Positions 1 through 10,192 of a stretch of 64,000 bases of DNA are shown one piece after another. The stretch is from an uncultured Planctomycetota bacterium (GTDB lineage Bacteria > Planctomycetota > Planctomycetia > Gemmatales > Gemmataceae): contig CAWKHF010000006.1 of NCBI GenBank assembly GCA_963849325.1, forward strand, positions 224,001 to 288,000, in the 5' to 3' direction. The translations under genes were made by a program, and so were the position numbers. Each line of letters opens with the position of its first letter. Within the stretch, counting starts at the first letter, position 1. The notes under the pieces were generated by a model. It ran no database searches. It worked only from the letters and a program-made list of their open reading frames with translations, and was not told the DNA's origin.

Positions 1-1140
1 GCGCTGCAAAGCTGGCGGCTGGCCTTGCAGCGACGCTTCCGCACCGAAGGCGACAACGCCCTCGGCGCCGCCGTGCGTCAGCTCATCTGGCAGCCGATGG
101 AGAAGCACCTGGGCGGGGCCAAGATGGTGCTGGTCTCTCCCGATGGCGAACTGGCTCGCGTCCCCTTCGCCGCCCTGCCCGGCAGCAAGAAGGACTCCTA
201 TCTGCTGGAAGAACTCGCCCTGGCCGTCGTGCCCGTGCCGCAACTGTTGCCGCAACTGCTGGCGTCGCCTGCCGGCGAGAGTAAGTCCGAGCCGTCGCTG
301 TTGCTGGTCGGCAACGTCCGCTATGACGCCGCAGCCTCTGGAGAGGCCGTCGCGGACAGCCGCTCCGCTCCGCGCGCTGGCACGCTCTTAAGCTGGAAGC
401 CGCTGGAGAATACCGGCGACGAGGTGGCGGCCATCAAGGACCGCTTCCAACGTCGCTTCCGCCGCGGCATCGTCACCGACCTGCGCGAAGACGAGGCCAC
501 CGAGGCCGAGGTACGCCGGCAGATGCCCAAGCATCGCTATCTGCACTTCGCCACGCACGGCTTCTTCGCTCCCAAGGAAGTGCATTCCGCCCTGGCGGCG
601 GTGTCGCGCGGCAAGGACGGCGACGCCGACAACCTGTTCGGCGGTCGCAAGGGCGTGGTGGGGTTCCATCCGGGTTTGCTGTCGGGGTTGGTGCTGGCGG
701 GGGCCAATCGGCCGGCGGAGGTGGGCCGAGACGACGGCATTCTGACGGCGTTGGAAGTGGAGGCGTTGGACCTGGCCGGCGTGGAGTTGGCGGTGCTCTC
801 GGCGTGCGAGACGGGTCTGGGCGAGCAAGCCGGCGGTGAGGGACTGCTCGGATTGCAACGTGCCTTCCAGGTGGCGGGGGCGCGGAGCGTGGCGGCCGGT
901 CTGTGGCAGGTGGACGACAAGGCCACGCGCGACCTGATGATGCGCTTCTACGAGAACCTGTGGAAGAAGAAGATGCCGAAGCTGGAGGCGCTGCGCCAGG
1001 CCCAATTGTGGATGCTCAAGGAAGGCATCAGCCGCGGCATGATCGACGTGAAGGTGCCCAAGGAACGGCTGGGCAAAGAAGGCGGCCGCCTACCGCCGTA
1101 CTACTGGGCCGCCTTCGTCCTCTCCGGCGACTGGAGATAG
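1..1140 (+). CDS. CHAT-domain (caspase-like) protein, 5' truncated by window edge
   Basis: LHFATHGF, LAVLSACETGLG and PYYWAAFVLSGDW CHAT motifs. Confidence 0.9.
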   Translation, partial: ALQSWRLALQRRFRTEGDNALGAAVRQLIWQPMEKHLGGAKMVLVSPDGELARVPFAALPGSKKDSYLLEELALAVVPVPQLLPQLLASPAGESKSEPSLLLVGNVRYDAAASGEAVADSRSAPRAGTLLSWKPLENTGDEVAAIKDRFQRRFRRGIVTDLREDEATEAEVRRQMPKHRYLHFATHGFFAPKEVHSALAAVSRGKDGDADNLFGGRKGVVGFHPGLLSGLVLAGANRPAEVGRDDGILTALEVEALDLAGVELAVLSACETGLGEQAGGEGLLGLQRAFQVAGARSVAAGLWQVDDKATRDLMMRFYENLWKKKMPKLEALRQAQLWMLKEGISRGMIDVKVPKERLGKEGGRLPPYYWAAFVLSGDWR

Positions 1141-1182
1141 CTTCCCGCCGAGGCGGACGGTGCCGTAATTGTTTGAGGTGTT

Positions 1183-1406
1183 TTTCGTTAGCCCAGCCCT
1201 TCAGGGCTGGGGAATGGCCGTGCAGTAGGGAGATTTGGGCCTTTAGGCCCTCCGCCGCACCTGCCCGACACGTCGAAGAGGCTAAAGCCTCGAAGCCGGA
1301 GGGGCTAAAGCCCCGAAGGCGTCTCGCCCTGCCTCCTCTTCCCAGCCCTGAAGGGCTGGGCTAACGAAACAAACCCCACACTCCCCAAATCGACGCACGC
1401 CCCTCG
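1183..1406. repeat. ~220-bp palindromic MITE/REPIN-like element, copy 1
   Basis: Arms TTTCGTTAGCCCAGCCCTTCAGGGCTGGG / CCCAGCCCTGAAGGGCTGGGCTAACGAAA; inverted copy at ~27216-27417. Confidence 0.85.
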
Positions 1407-1464
1407 TCAGGACAGAAGTCCTCGTCGATTCTATACAACGTCGACAAGATTCTATAGAATTTCC

Positions 1465-1493
1465 TTGCCTCCCTTTTCGCCCTCCGCTAAGAT
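1465..1493 (+). promoter_or_regulatory. Putative sigma70 promoter of gntR operon
   Basis: TTGCCT-17 nt-TAAGAT; palindrome ATTCTATAGAAT at 1449-1460 just upstream. Confidence 0.5.
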
Positions 1494-1599
1494 CATTATT
1501 TAGATCAGCCGACGAGTCGAGGGCCGTTTGTTCCTCCTACCCGAAGCGACCGGACTCGTCCGCTCCGCCCGCCCGCCGAAGCTCACCGGAGAGCCGACT

Positions 1600-2346
1600 G
1601 TGCCCGCATCGCATGACTCCCAAACCGCCTCATGCCATCACGGCCTGCGGCGACAGACCATCGTGCAATCGCTGCTGGCCGACGTGTTCCAGGGCCGGTT
1701 GCGCGCCGGCGCGCACCTCGTCACGCAGGAGTTGGCCGAGCGCTTCGGCGTCAGCCATACGCCCATCCGCGAAGCCCTCATCGCCCTGGCCGGCATCGGC
1801 ATCATCGACCTGCTGCCCAACCGCGGGGCCGTCGTCCGCCGCGTCACGCCGCACGAGGTCCGCGAGGTCTGCCAGGTTCGCCGTGCCCTGGAGTGCGAGG
1901 CGGCCCGCTCCGCCTGCGGCCGCATCGACCTGGCCGAGCTGCACGCCCTGGCCGAGCAACTGCGGCGAATGATCGCGGCCAAGGCCCGGCCGAGCACGCG
2001 CTTCATCGAGCAGGCCCGCGCCGTGGACAGCCGACTGCACGACCTCATCGCCGATTCGTGCGGCAACGCCTTCCTGGCCAAGGAGATCGGCCGGCTCAAG
2101 ACGCTCTTCCGCGTCTTCCGCGACGTCGCCTGGCAACACGACGAGGCCCGCAACGACTTCCACCGCCTGGCCGAGGAAGCCCACGAACACCTGGCCATCG
2201 TCGAGGCGCTGCTGGCCGGCGACGCCCGGGCGGCCGGCCGGGCGATGGCCCAGCACATCCGCTCCGGCGTCCGCTACTGGAGCCGGGCCATGCCCGTTCC
2301 GACGAATGGAACTCACCACAAAGACACAAAGAACACAAAGAATTGA
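1600..2346 (+). CDS. GntR/FadR-family transcriptional regulator
   Basis: ELAERFGVSHTPIREAL wHTH, FCD-like C-terminus; GTG start inferred. Confidence 0.9.
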   Translation: MPASHDSQTASCHHGLRRQTIVQSLLADVFQGRLRAGAHLVTQELAERFGVSHTPIREALIALAGIGIIDLLPNRGAVVRRVTPHEVREVCQVRRALECEAARSACGRIDLAELHALAEQLRRMIAAKARPSTRFIEQARAVDSRLHDLIADSCGNAFLAKEIGRLKTLFRVFRDVAWQHDEARNDFHRLAEEAHEHLAIVEALLAGDARAAGRAMAQHIRSGVRYWSRAMPVPTNGTHHKDTKNTKN

Positions 2347-2435
2347 CGAAAGGGAGCAACGATGATGAAAGACCCCATGCGAGCCTCGATGATTTGGAAT
2401 TGTCTTTGTGCTCTCTGTGTCTTGGTGGTGAGTTC
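2309..2435. repeat. Imperfect inverted repeat of ACACAAAGA-type 9-mers overlapping gntR end and next gene start
   Basis: GAACTCACCACAAAGACACAAAGAACACAAAGA ... TCTTTGTGCTCTCTGTGTCTTGGTGGTGAGTTC. Confidence 0.75.
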
Positions 2436-5400
2436 TTCCGTGCGGGCGGAGAAGATCGAGTACAACCGCGACGTGCGGCCGATCCTGGCCGAGAACTGCT
2501 TCGCCTGCCACGGCCCGGACAGCGCCTCGCGCAAGGCCGACTTGCGCCTCGACCGCCGCGACGAGGCCGTCAAGGCCGAGGCCATCGTCCCCGGCAACCC
2601 GGACAAAAGCGACTCTGGTCGAGCGCATCTTCTCGGACGACAAGGCGCAGGTGATGCCGCCGCCGCAAGACGCACAAGAAGCTGACCGCCGCCCAGAAGG
2701 AGACGCTGAAGCGCTGGATCGCCGCCGGCGCCGAGTATCAGCCGCACTGGTCGTTCATCGCCGCCGAAGCGGCCGCCGCTGCCGGCGGTGAAGAACGCCG
2801 GCTGGGTGCGCAACCCCATCGATCGCTTCATCCTGGCCGAGCTGGAGAAGCGCGGCCTGCAGCCGGCGCCCGAGGCCGACCGCCGCACGCTGGCCCGCCG
2901 GCTGAGCCTCGACCTGACCGGCCTGCCGCCCGACGCCGGCCGAGGTCGAGGCGTTCGTCAACGACCAGCGGCCCGACGCCTACGAGCAGCTACGTCGATA
3001 AGCTGCTGGAGTCGCCGCACTGGGGCGAGCATCGCGGCCGCTACTGGCTCGACGCCGCCCGCTACGCCGACACGCACGGCATCCACTTCGACAACTACCG
3101 CGAGATCTGGGCCTACCGCGACTGGGTCATCAACGCCTTCAACCGCAACCTGCCGCTTCGACCAGTTCACCATCGAGCAGCTGGCCGGCGACCTGCTGCC
3201 GAACCGCACGCTCGATCAGCAGGTCGCGACCGGCTTCAACCGCTGCAACATCACCACCAACGAGGGCGGCGCGATCCCCGAGGAGTACCTGGTCCTCTAC
3301 ACGCGCGACCGCACCGAGACGACGTCGCGCAGGTCTGGCTGGGCCTGACCGCCGGCTGCGCCGTCTGCCACGACCACAAGTTCGATCCGCTCACGCACGA
3401 AAGAGTTCTACTCGATGTCGGCGTTCTTCAACAACACGACGCAGGGGGCGATGGACGGCAACATCAAGGACACGCCGCCGATCATGTTCGTGCCGCAGCC
3501 GGAGGACCGGCCGCGCTGGGACGCACTGGCGAAGGAGTTGGCCGAGGCGCGCAAGCAGGCCGAGGCGCGCAAGCAGGCCGCCCGCGCCGACTTCGACAAG
3601 TGGCTGGCGACGGCCGAAGCGCCGAGCAGATCGGCCAGCTCGATCCCGACCGACGGGCTGCGATCTGCACGCCGCGCTTGAGCGAGGGCAAGGGCAAGAC
3701 GGTCCACCTGACCGTGGACGGCAAGCCGCGGACGCTCGACGCTCGGCGTCGGGCATCGGCCTGGGACGCCGGCCACGTCGCGGCCAAGGCGTTCAAGAGC
3801 CAGCCGGGCGGCGTCCGTCGAGGTGCCGGACGCCGGCGACTTCGAGAAGGACCAGGCGCTTCTCCTACGGCGCCTGGGTGAAGCTGCCGACGAACGCGGC
3901 CCGACCGGCGCCGTCTTCGCCCGCATGGACGACAGGCACGACTTACCGCGGCTGGGACCTGTGGGTCGAGAACGGCCGCGTCGGCACGCACATCATCAAC
4001 AAGTGGCCGGACGACGCCCTCAAGGTCGTCGTGCCAAGACCCCGCTCAAGCCGGACCAGTGGAACCACGTGTTCGTCACCTACGACGGCTCCGGCAAGGC
4101 CGGCCGGCGTCAAGGTCTACGTCAACGGCGCGGCCGCAGCCGATCGACGTCGCAGGCCGACAAGCTGCAAGAGCACCATCCGCACGACGGTGCCGTTCAA
4201 GATCGCGCCAGCGGCACACCGACGTCGCGGCTCGACGGCCTGGTGCTGCAGGACGTGCGCCTCTACGGCCGCACCCTGCCCGGCCCGGAGGTCGAGCGGC
4301 TGGTCAAGGGCACGCGCGGCGCCTGGCTGCGGCGCAAGCCGGCCGGCAAGCGCACCGCCGCCGAGAACGAACGAGCTGTTCGACTGGTGGCTGACGGCCC
4401 TGGACCCGGCGTATCAGGAGCTGGCGAAAAAGCTGAGTGGACTGCAGCAGGAGGAGTCGGCCCTCAAGTCGCGCGGCACCATCGCCCACGTCATGCAGGA
4501 GAACCGGCCGAAGCCGATGGCCTACGTCCTGCATCCGCGGCGACTACGACAAGCGGCGCGACCCGGTGAAGGCGGGCACGCCCGAAGTCGCTGCCGCCGA
4601 TGCCGGCCGAGCTGCCGCGCAACCGGCTCGGCTTCGCGCAGTGGCTGTTGCGGCCGGAACAACCCGCTGACGGCCCGCGTCACGGTCAACCGCTTCTGGC
4701 AGGAAGTCTTCGGCACCGGCATCGTCCGGACCAGCGGCGACTTCGGCGTCACCGGCGAACTGCCCGTCCACCCCGAGCTGCTCGACTGGCTGGCGGTCGA
4801 GTTCCGCGAGACCGGCTGGGACGTCAAGCGGTTCTTCAAGCTGCTGGTGACGTCGGCGACCTATCGCCAGTCGGCGCGTGACGACGCCGAGAAGCTGGAG
4901 AAGGACCCGCACAACCGGCTGCTGTCGCGCGGCCCGCGCTTCCGCATGGACGCCGAGATGATCCGCGACTACGCCCTGGCGGCGAGCGGCCTGCTGGTGC
5001 GCAAGATCGGCGGGCCGAGCGTCAAGCCGTACCAGCCCGAGGGCGTCTGGGAGGCGGTGGCCATGATCGGCAGCAACACGCGCGACTACCGGCGCGACAG
5101 CGGCGAGCAACCTGTATCGCCGCAGCATGTACACGTTCTGGAAGCGGGCCGCCCCGCCGGCGTCGATGGACATCTTCAACGCCCCGAGCCGCGAGATCTG
5201 CACCGTGCGCCGCGAGCGCACCAACACGCCGCTGCAGGCGCTGGTGACGCTCAACGACCCGCAGTTCGTCGAGGCCGCCCGCTACCTGGCGCAGACGGCC
5301 CTGAAGGAAGGCGGCGACAAGGCCGAGGGCCGCATCGACTTCATGGCTCGGCGCCTGCTGTGCCGGCCGCTGCGCGCCGAGGAAGCGAAGGTGGTGCAAG

Positions 5401-5571
5401 CGAGCGCTGGACGACCTGCTGGCGCACTACAAGGCGCACGCCGAGGACGCCAAGAAGCTGATCGCCGTCGGCGAGTCGAAGGCCGATCCGACGCTGGACG
5501 CGGCCACGCTGGCGGCGTGGACGATGCTGGCCAATGAGCTGATGAATCTGGACGAGGTGTTGAACAAGTAA
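2362..5571 (+). CDS. Planctomycete cytochrome c / DUF1549 / LamG / DUF1553 (PSD1) protein, multiple apparent frameshifts
   Basis: CFACHGPD haem motif, [38 protein letters not shown] motifs across successive frames. Confidence 0.9.
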
Positions 5572-5591
5572 GTACACCGGACAAAAAGAAC

Positions 5592-5682
5592 CTCACGCAA
5601 ACGCAAGAACGCAAAGGAAAACAAAAGCACCAAATCGCTTCTCCTCCTTTCTTCCTGCTTTGCTCCTTCGCCTTTGCGTGAG
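5592..5682. repeat. Intergenic imperfect inverted repeat (CTCACGCAAA...TTTGCGTGAG)
   Basis: Complementary arms with ACGCAA(A)G periodicity. Confidence 0.6.
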
Positions 5683-5710
5683 TTCTTTTTGAGAATCCAG
5701 GAGTGACCCC

Positions 5711-7171
5711 ATGAATCCCTTCCACGAATACGTCCGCAACATCACGCGCCGCCAGTTCTTCGCCGCCGGCGCCAACGCCGTCGGCTGGGCGGCGCTGGCC
5801 TCGCTGCTGGACGCCGACCGCGCCCACGCCGGCATCACCAGCACGACGCCGGCCGCCCAGACGCACTTTCCCGGCAAGGCCAAGCAGGTCATCTACCTGC
5901 ACATGGTCGGCGGCCCGCCGCAGATGGACCTGTACGACTACAAGCCGAAGATGCAGCGAGTGGTTACGACAAGGACCTGCCCGACTCCGTCCGCATGGGC
6001 CAGCGGCTCACCACCATGACCAGCGGCCAGGCGCGCTTCCCCATCGCGCCGTCGAAGTTCAAGTTCGCCGCAGCACGGCAAGTCGCGGCATGTGGGTGAC
6101 CGAGCTGCTGCCGTGGACGGCCAAGATGGTCGATGACATGTGCTTCATCCGCAGCATGCACACCGAGGCCATCAACCACGAGCCGGCCATCACCTACATG
6201 CAGACCGGCAACCAGGTCACCGGCCGGCCCTGCCTGGGCGCCTGGGCGTCCTACGGCCTCGGCTCGCTCAACCAGAACCTGCCGACCTTCGTCGTGCTGG
6301 TCGCCAAGCCGACCAACACCGAGCAGGTGCAGGCCATCTCCGCCCGGCTGTGGTCGTCGGGCTACCTGTCCGGCGAACACGCCGGCGTCTCCTTCCGCAC
6401 CAGCGGCGATCCGATCCTGTACATCAACAACCCGCCCGGCGTCACCGCCGACGTCCGCCGCAAGACGCTCGACGGCCTGAACGCCGCTCAACGAGATGAA
6501 CTACCGCGCCGTCGGCGACCCGGAGACGCACACGCGCATCCAGCAGTACGAGATGGCCTTCCGCATGCAGGCCAGCGTGCCGGAGCTGACCGACCTGGCC
6601 CGCGAGCCGGAGTCCACCTTCAAGCTGTACGGCGACGAGGCGAAGAAGCCGGGCACGTTCGCCAACACGGTCCTGCTGGCGCGCCGCATGGTCGAGCGCG
6701 GCGTGCGCTTCGTGCAGATCTACCACAACAACTGGGACACGCACGGCAACGTCGCCGGCCGGCTGCCCGACCAGTGCCGCGACGTCGATCAGGCGTGCTA
6801 CGGCCTGATCCAGGACCTGAAGAAGGCGCGGCCTGTTCGACGCGACGCTGGTCATCTGGGGCGGCGAGTTCGGCCGGACGATCTACTCGCAGGGCGGCCT
6901 GACGAAGCAGAACTACGGCCGCGACCATCACCCGCGCTGCTTCACGATGTGGATGGCCGGCGGCGGCTCGCGGCCGGGCACGATCTACGGCGAGACCGAC
7001 GACTTCTCCTACAACATCGTCAAAGACCCGGTCCACATCCACGACTTCCACGCCACCGTGCTGCACCTGCTGGGCTTCGACCACCAGCGCTTCACCTACC
7101 GCTACCAGGGCCTGGACCAGAAGCTGACCGGCGTGGAGCCGGCGCGGGTGGTCAAGGAGTTGCTGGCGTGA
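5711..7171 (+). CDS. DUF1501 (sulfatase-like) protein, frameshifted
   Basis: TRRQFF Tat-like start, [33 protein letters not shown]; usual PSD1 partner. Confidence 0.9.
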
Positions 7172-7189
7172 TGGCGCGTTATCGGTTAA

Positions 7190-7245
7190 CGGAGCCCGCA
7201 GCGTCAGCGAGGGAGCTTCGGCCCTCGCTGACGCTGCGGGCTCCG
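7190..7245. repeat. REP-like perfect hairpin between convergent genes
   Basis: CGGAGCCCGCAGCGTCAGCGAGGG / CCCTCGCTGACGCTGCGGGCTCCG. Confidence 0.8.
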
Positions 7246-7267
7246 AGGAGAATGGATCAACCCTCGC

Positions 7268-7672
7268 TCACCCGCGGGCCCCGAGCATCTTCTGAAACCT
7301 CGCCAGCACGGCTTGCAGATACTCTGGCTCCACCGGCTTGAGCAAGTGCATGTCGATCCCCGACTCGGCACAGCGCCGCCGGTCTTCCGCCTGTCCGAAG
7401 CCGGTCACGGCGATGACCAACGGCGTCTTGCGCGGGCGAGGGCCGATCAGCCGTCGGGCCACCTCGTAGCCGCTCATCCCCGGGAGACCGATGTCGAGCA
7501 GCACCACGTCCGGCTCGTGGGTCCGTACGCTCTCCAGAGCGGCCGGGCCATTCGCCACGGTCTCCACGACGTGCCCGTACATGCGGAGCAACATCGCCAG
7601 GCTCAGGGCGCCGTCGGCGTTGTCTTCCACGACGAGGATGTGCAGCCCGGCACCATTGACGGGGGCACTCAT
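7268..7672 (-). CDS. Single-domain response regulator (receiver)
   Basis: [28 protein letters not shown]. Confidence 0.9.
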   Translation of the reverse strand: MSAPVNGAGLHILVVEDNADGALSLAMLLRMYGHVVETVANGPAALESVRTHEPDVVLLDIGLPGMSGYEVARRLIGPRPRKTPLVIAVTGFGQAEDRRRCAESGIDMHLLKPVEPEYLQAVLARFQKMLGARG

Positions 7673-7952
7673 GGTTTGAACTCCTGCCGATAGGGTGTCC
7701 ATCGGAATAGCCTCGCGCACTCTCGATGTCTATCACGGGCAGAATGTTCATCATCACAGAAGTATCGTTTTCGTCTGTCGGAAGTCCGACACAGGAGCGG
7801 ATTTCGTTGGGAACTGCCGTTTGCCCAAAGCCCCGTGCCGTGTAGAGTAATGGAAGACTCGTGGCTGAAATCATCACCCATTAGACGCCGGACTACTCTC
7901 GGGAGTCCTGTCGGTGCCATCGGTGGTCCTTTTCTGGATAACCGAGGCACCC

Positions 7953-8726
7953 ATGCCAACCGCGAAACCACCCCCCGCGCAGCCCACCAACCGTCTTCTG
8001 GCCCTTCTGCCGCCAGCCGAGTACCGGCGCCTTTCCGGCCACCTGCAAACCGTCTCCCTACCCGTGAAGCAAGTCCTTTATAAAGCCCGCTCGCCCATCG
8101 ATTACGTTTATTTCCCCGTCCGAGGCATCGTCTCGGCCATGACGATCATGGCAGACGGCCGGGCCATTGAGGTGGCCACGATCGGCAACGAGGGCATGGC
8201 GGGCCTGACGGCCTTCATCGGCGGCGAATCGTCGGCCAACGAGGTGATGGTGCAAGTGTCGGGCGAGGCCGTGCGGATGAGGGCGGCAACGCTGACCGAG
8301 GAGTGCGGCCGGGACGGCCCGTTACGACGACTCCTCATCCTCTACAACACGGCCTTTGCCACGCAGGTTTCGTACTCGGTGGCCTGCAACGGCCTGCACA
8401 AGGTCGAACAACGCTGCTGCCGTTGGCTGCTGATGACGCAAGACCGCGTAGGCTCCGACGTGCTGCCGCTCACGCATGAGTTTCTGTCGATCATGCTCGG
8501 CGTGCAGCGTTCGAGCGTCACGGAGGTCCTACATCCGCTCCAGGAACGGGGCCTGGTCCGCAACAGCCGGGGCCAGATCACGGTGAGGGACCGCCCCGGC
8601 CTGGAAGCCACTTCCTGCGAGTGTTACCGGGTCGTCAAGGACGAGTTCTCCCGCCTGTTCGGCTCCCAAGTTTCGCCGCGACGCGCAGCGGAGCGCGAGA
8701 CGCGCTCCGCTGCGCGTCGCGGCTAA
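7953..8726 (+). CDS. Crp/Fnr-family transcriptional regulator
   Basis: NRLLALLP, EVATIGNEG, LTHEFLSIMLGVQRSSVT HTH. Confidence 0.9.
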   Translation: MPTAKPPPAQPTNRLLALLPPAEYRRLSGHLQTVSLPVKQVLYKARSPIDYVYFPVRGIVSAMTIMADGRAIEVATIGNEGMAGLTAFIGGESSANEVMVQVSGEAVRMRAATLTEECGRDGPLRRLLILYNTAFATQVSYSVACNGLHKVEQRCCRWLLMTQDRVGSDVLPLTHEFLSIMLGVQRSSVTEVLHPLQERGLVRNSRGQITVRDRPGLEATSCECYRVVKDEFSRLFGSQVSPRRAAERETRSAARRG

Positions 8727-8728
8727 AC
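8670..8728. repeat. REP palindrome family A, supplies Crp stop codon
   Basis: GCCGCGACGCGCAGCGGAGCGC arms; copies at 34407, 35777, 38586. Confidence 0.85.
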
Positions 8729-8740
8729 GAAGTGGTGCGC

Positions 8741-9133
8741 TCACGAAGCGTTGACAACGTCCGTCCCCCGAGACGGTTTGCGTTTCCGCGGTCGGACGCC
8801 GCCACGTTTACTACCAGGAGGCGGAGGGACGGGACTCGGCGACGGTTCGGAGGGGACTTCGCGCAGCGCGACGATGTTCAGCCAGTGGCGAAACTCCAGC
8901 GTGCGCAGGCAGAGCGGACAGCGCAGGCGCGGCAAGTGCTCGTGGAAGAACGCCTTGACGCGCAGCCGGATCGTACGCACCGGACAGGGCGCGTGCGGGC
9001 ACGTCCACTCGCCCTCGAAACACGCCGGATGATCCGGTTTGTCGGCCGGTACTTCCGTATAAATGCGATCCATCAAGGCGCTGGCCGGCTGCACGCCCTC
9101 CAACGGCGGCACTACGCGGTAACATTTCGTCAT
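8741..9133 (-). CDS. Hypothetical Cys-rich protein (possible Zn ribbon)
   Basis: CPHAPC and CPLC motifs; ATGA overlap with upstream HTH gene. Confidence 0.55.
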   Translation of the reverse strand: MTKCYRVVPPLEGVQPASALMDRIYTEVPADKPDHPACFEGEWTCPHAPCPVRTIRLRVKAFFHEHLPRLRCPLCLRTLEFRHWLNIVALREVPSEPSPSPVPPPPGSKRGGVRPRKRKPSRGTDVVNAS

Positions 9134-9348
9134 TCGCATTCTCCCCGGTATGGGTAGGCGGACAACTCCTCCAGGTAGCGCTCGATGTCGGCGGCGCACC
9201 AGCGCGTGCTGCGGCGATGCGGATGTACCGGCGCCGGCAGCAGGGCCAACGCCGTCCAGCGCCACACCGTTCGTTCGCTGATCGACAACCGCCGCGCCAC
9301 GTCGCGCACGGTCAGCAAATCCGGTGAGATCGAGGGTGGCGAGGGCAT
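9130..9348 (-). CDS. AlpA/excisionase-like HTH protein
   Basis: LLTVRDVARRLSISERTVWRW...LPAP...TRW. Confidence 0.8.
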   Translation of the reverse strand: MPSPPSISPDLLTVRDVARRLSISERTVWRWTALALLPAPVHPHRRSTRWCAADIERYLEELSAYPYRGECE

Positions 9349-9414
9349 GAGTGACCTGAAGAAAAAACTCGTTCGCGGACGTTGGCTGGGATCGACGCGC
9401 GGAAAACAATCCCG

Positions 9415-9443
9415 AGGATACTGTACAATTGTTCATGTTGCAA
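9415..9443 (-). promoter_or_regulatory. Putative sigma70 promoter for HTH gene; -35 lies in the IS target duplication
   Basis: Minus strand TTGCAA-17 nt-TATCCT. Confidence 0.45.
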
Positions 9444-9540
9444 GGGCTTTGTTGCCAAACTTCCGCTTGTTGCAAAACCGATCCGGTTTGTCGCAAAACC
9501 GTCCGCCTGGAGAACTGGCAACAATTGTTGACAATTCGGC

Positions 9541-9569
9541 TTGACACATATACAGATGTTGGGTAATTT
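9541..9569 (+). promoter_or_regulatory. Near-consensus sigma70 promoter inside IS left end
   Basis: TTGACA-17 nt-TAATTT. Confidence 0.7.
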
Positions 9570-9576
9570 CTTTCCT

Positions 9577-9895
9577 GGACAATCCGCAGACTCAGGATGA
9601 GTCCGGCAGATGATTCGCTATAGAGGGTTGTGGTCTTTGCCGAAGGCTCCGAGAGCCGAACTGGCGATTGTCCGTGCCGCAGTAGGCGAAGTGGATTCAT
9701 AAGATTGCCCAGGCGAGCCTGCTGTGAGAACGTGACGAAGTGCCGCATCGGTAGGGCGAATTCTCCCCCCGCCCGCGCTTCTCTTTGAAGCAGTCTATTG
9801 CTGGCGCGAAACCACGAGAGCAAGGGGAATAACAGTACCCTTGACCAGTGGCTTTGCGCCGATTTCTTCTTTGGCCACTGGCAAGGGAAAGCCAG
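9577..9895 (+). ncRNA. Candidate structured non-coding RNA / leader carried by the IS
   Basis: Starts at the expected +1; GGACAATC/GATTGTCC closes a multi-hairpin domain; further hairpins to 9895; no convincing ORF. Confidence 0.45.
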
Positions 9896-9904
9896 AGGCC
9901 AATC

Positions 9905-10132
9905 ATGTATCGCAAATCTCGTCAAGTAACGGAACTGCTCGGTATCAGCTATTGGAAGCTGGTTTCGATGCTGCGCTCCGGTAAGCTCCCACAGCCACAG
10001 AAAGACGCGAGTGGCGACCTGATATTGTCTAGCCGCGATGTTGCCAATGCGCGTAAGGCGCTGGGGATCGACCGCCGCAAGCGGCCACGGCCTCGGAGTG
10101 CCATCATCACAGGCCCGGAGGATGGTAGATAG
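9905..10132 (+). CDS. Small MerR/excisionase-like HTH protein (IS cargo)
   Basis: 75 aa, RQVTELLGISYWKL...GKLPQPQKDASGD..DV wHTH pattern. Confidence 0.65.
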   Translation: MYRKSRQVTELLGISYWKLVSMLRSGKLPQPQKDASGDLILSSRDVANARKALGIDRRKRPRPRSAIITGPEDGR

Positions 10133-10192
10133 GGAAAAGACCCGGCAACGTCGGCCACCAACTGACAGGAAGGAACCGACGCGCCGGGGAGT

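Noticed and set aside
9450-9499. Short spaced repeats as a CRISPR-like array
   Set aside because: 11-bp units with short spacers, mixed orientation at the right end, confined to IS ends; no cas genes in the window
9700-9830. ZTP (pfl) riboswitch-like fragments
   Set aside because: CTGGCG..CCAC and CGCCTGGGC occur on opposite strands, and no purine/folate gene follows
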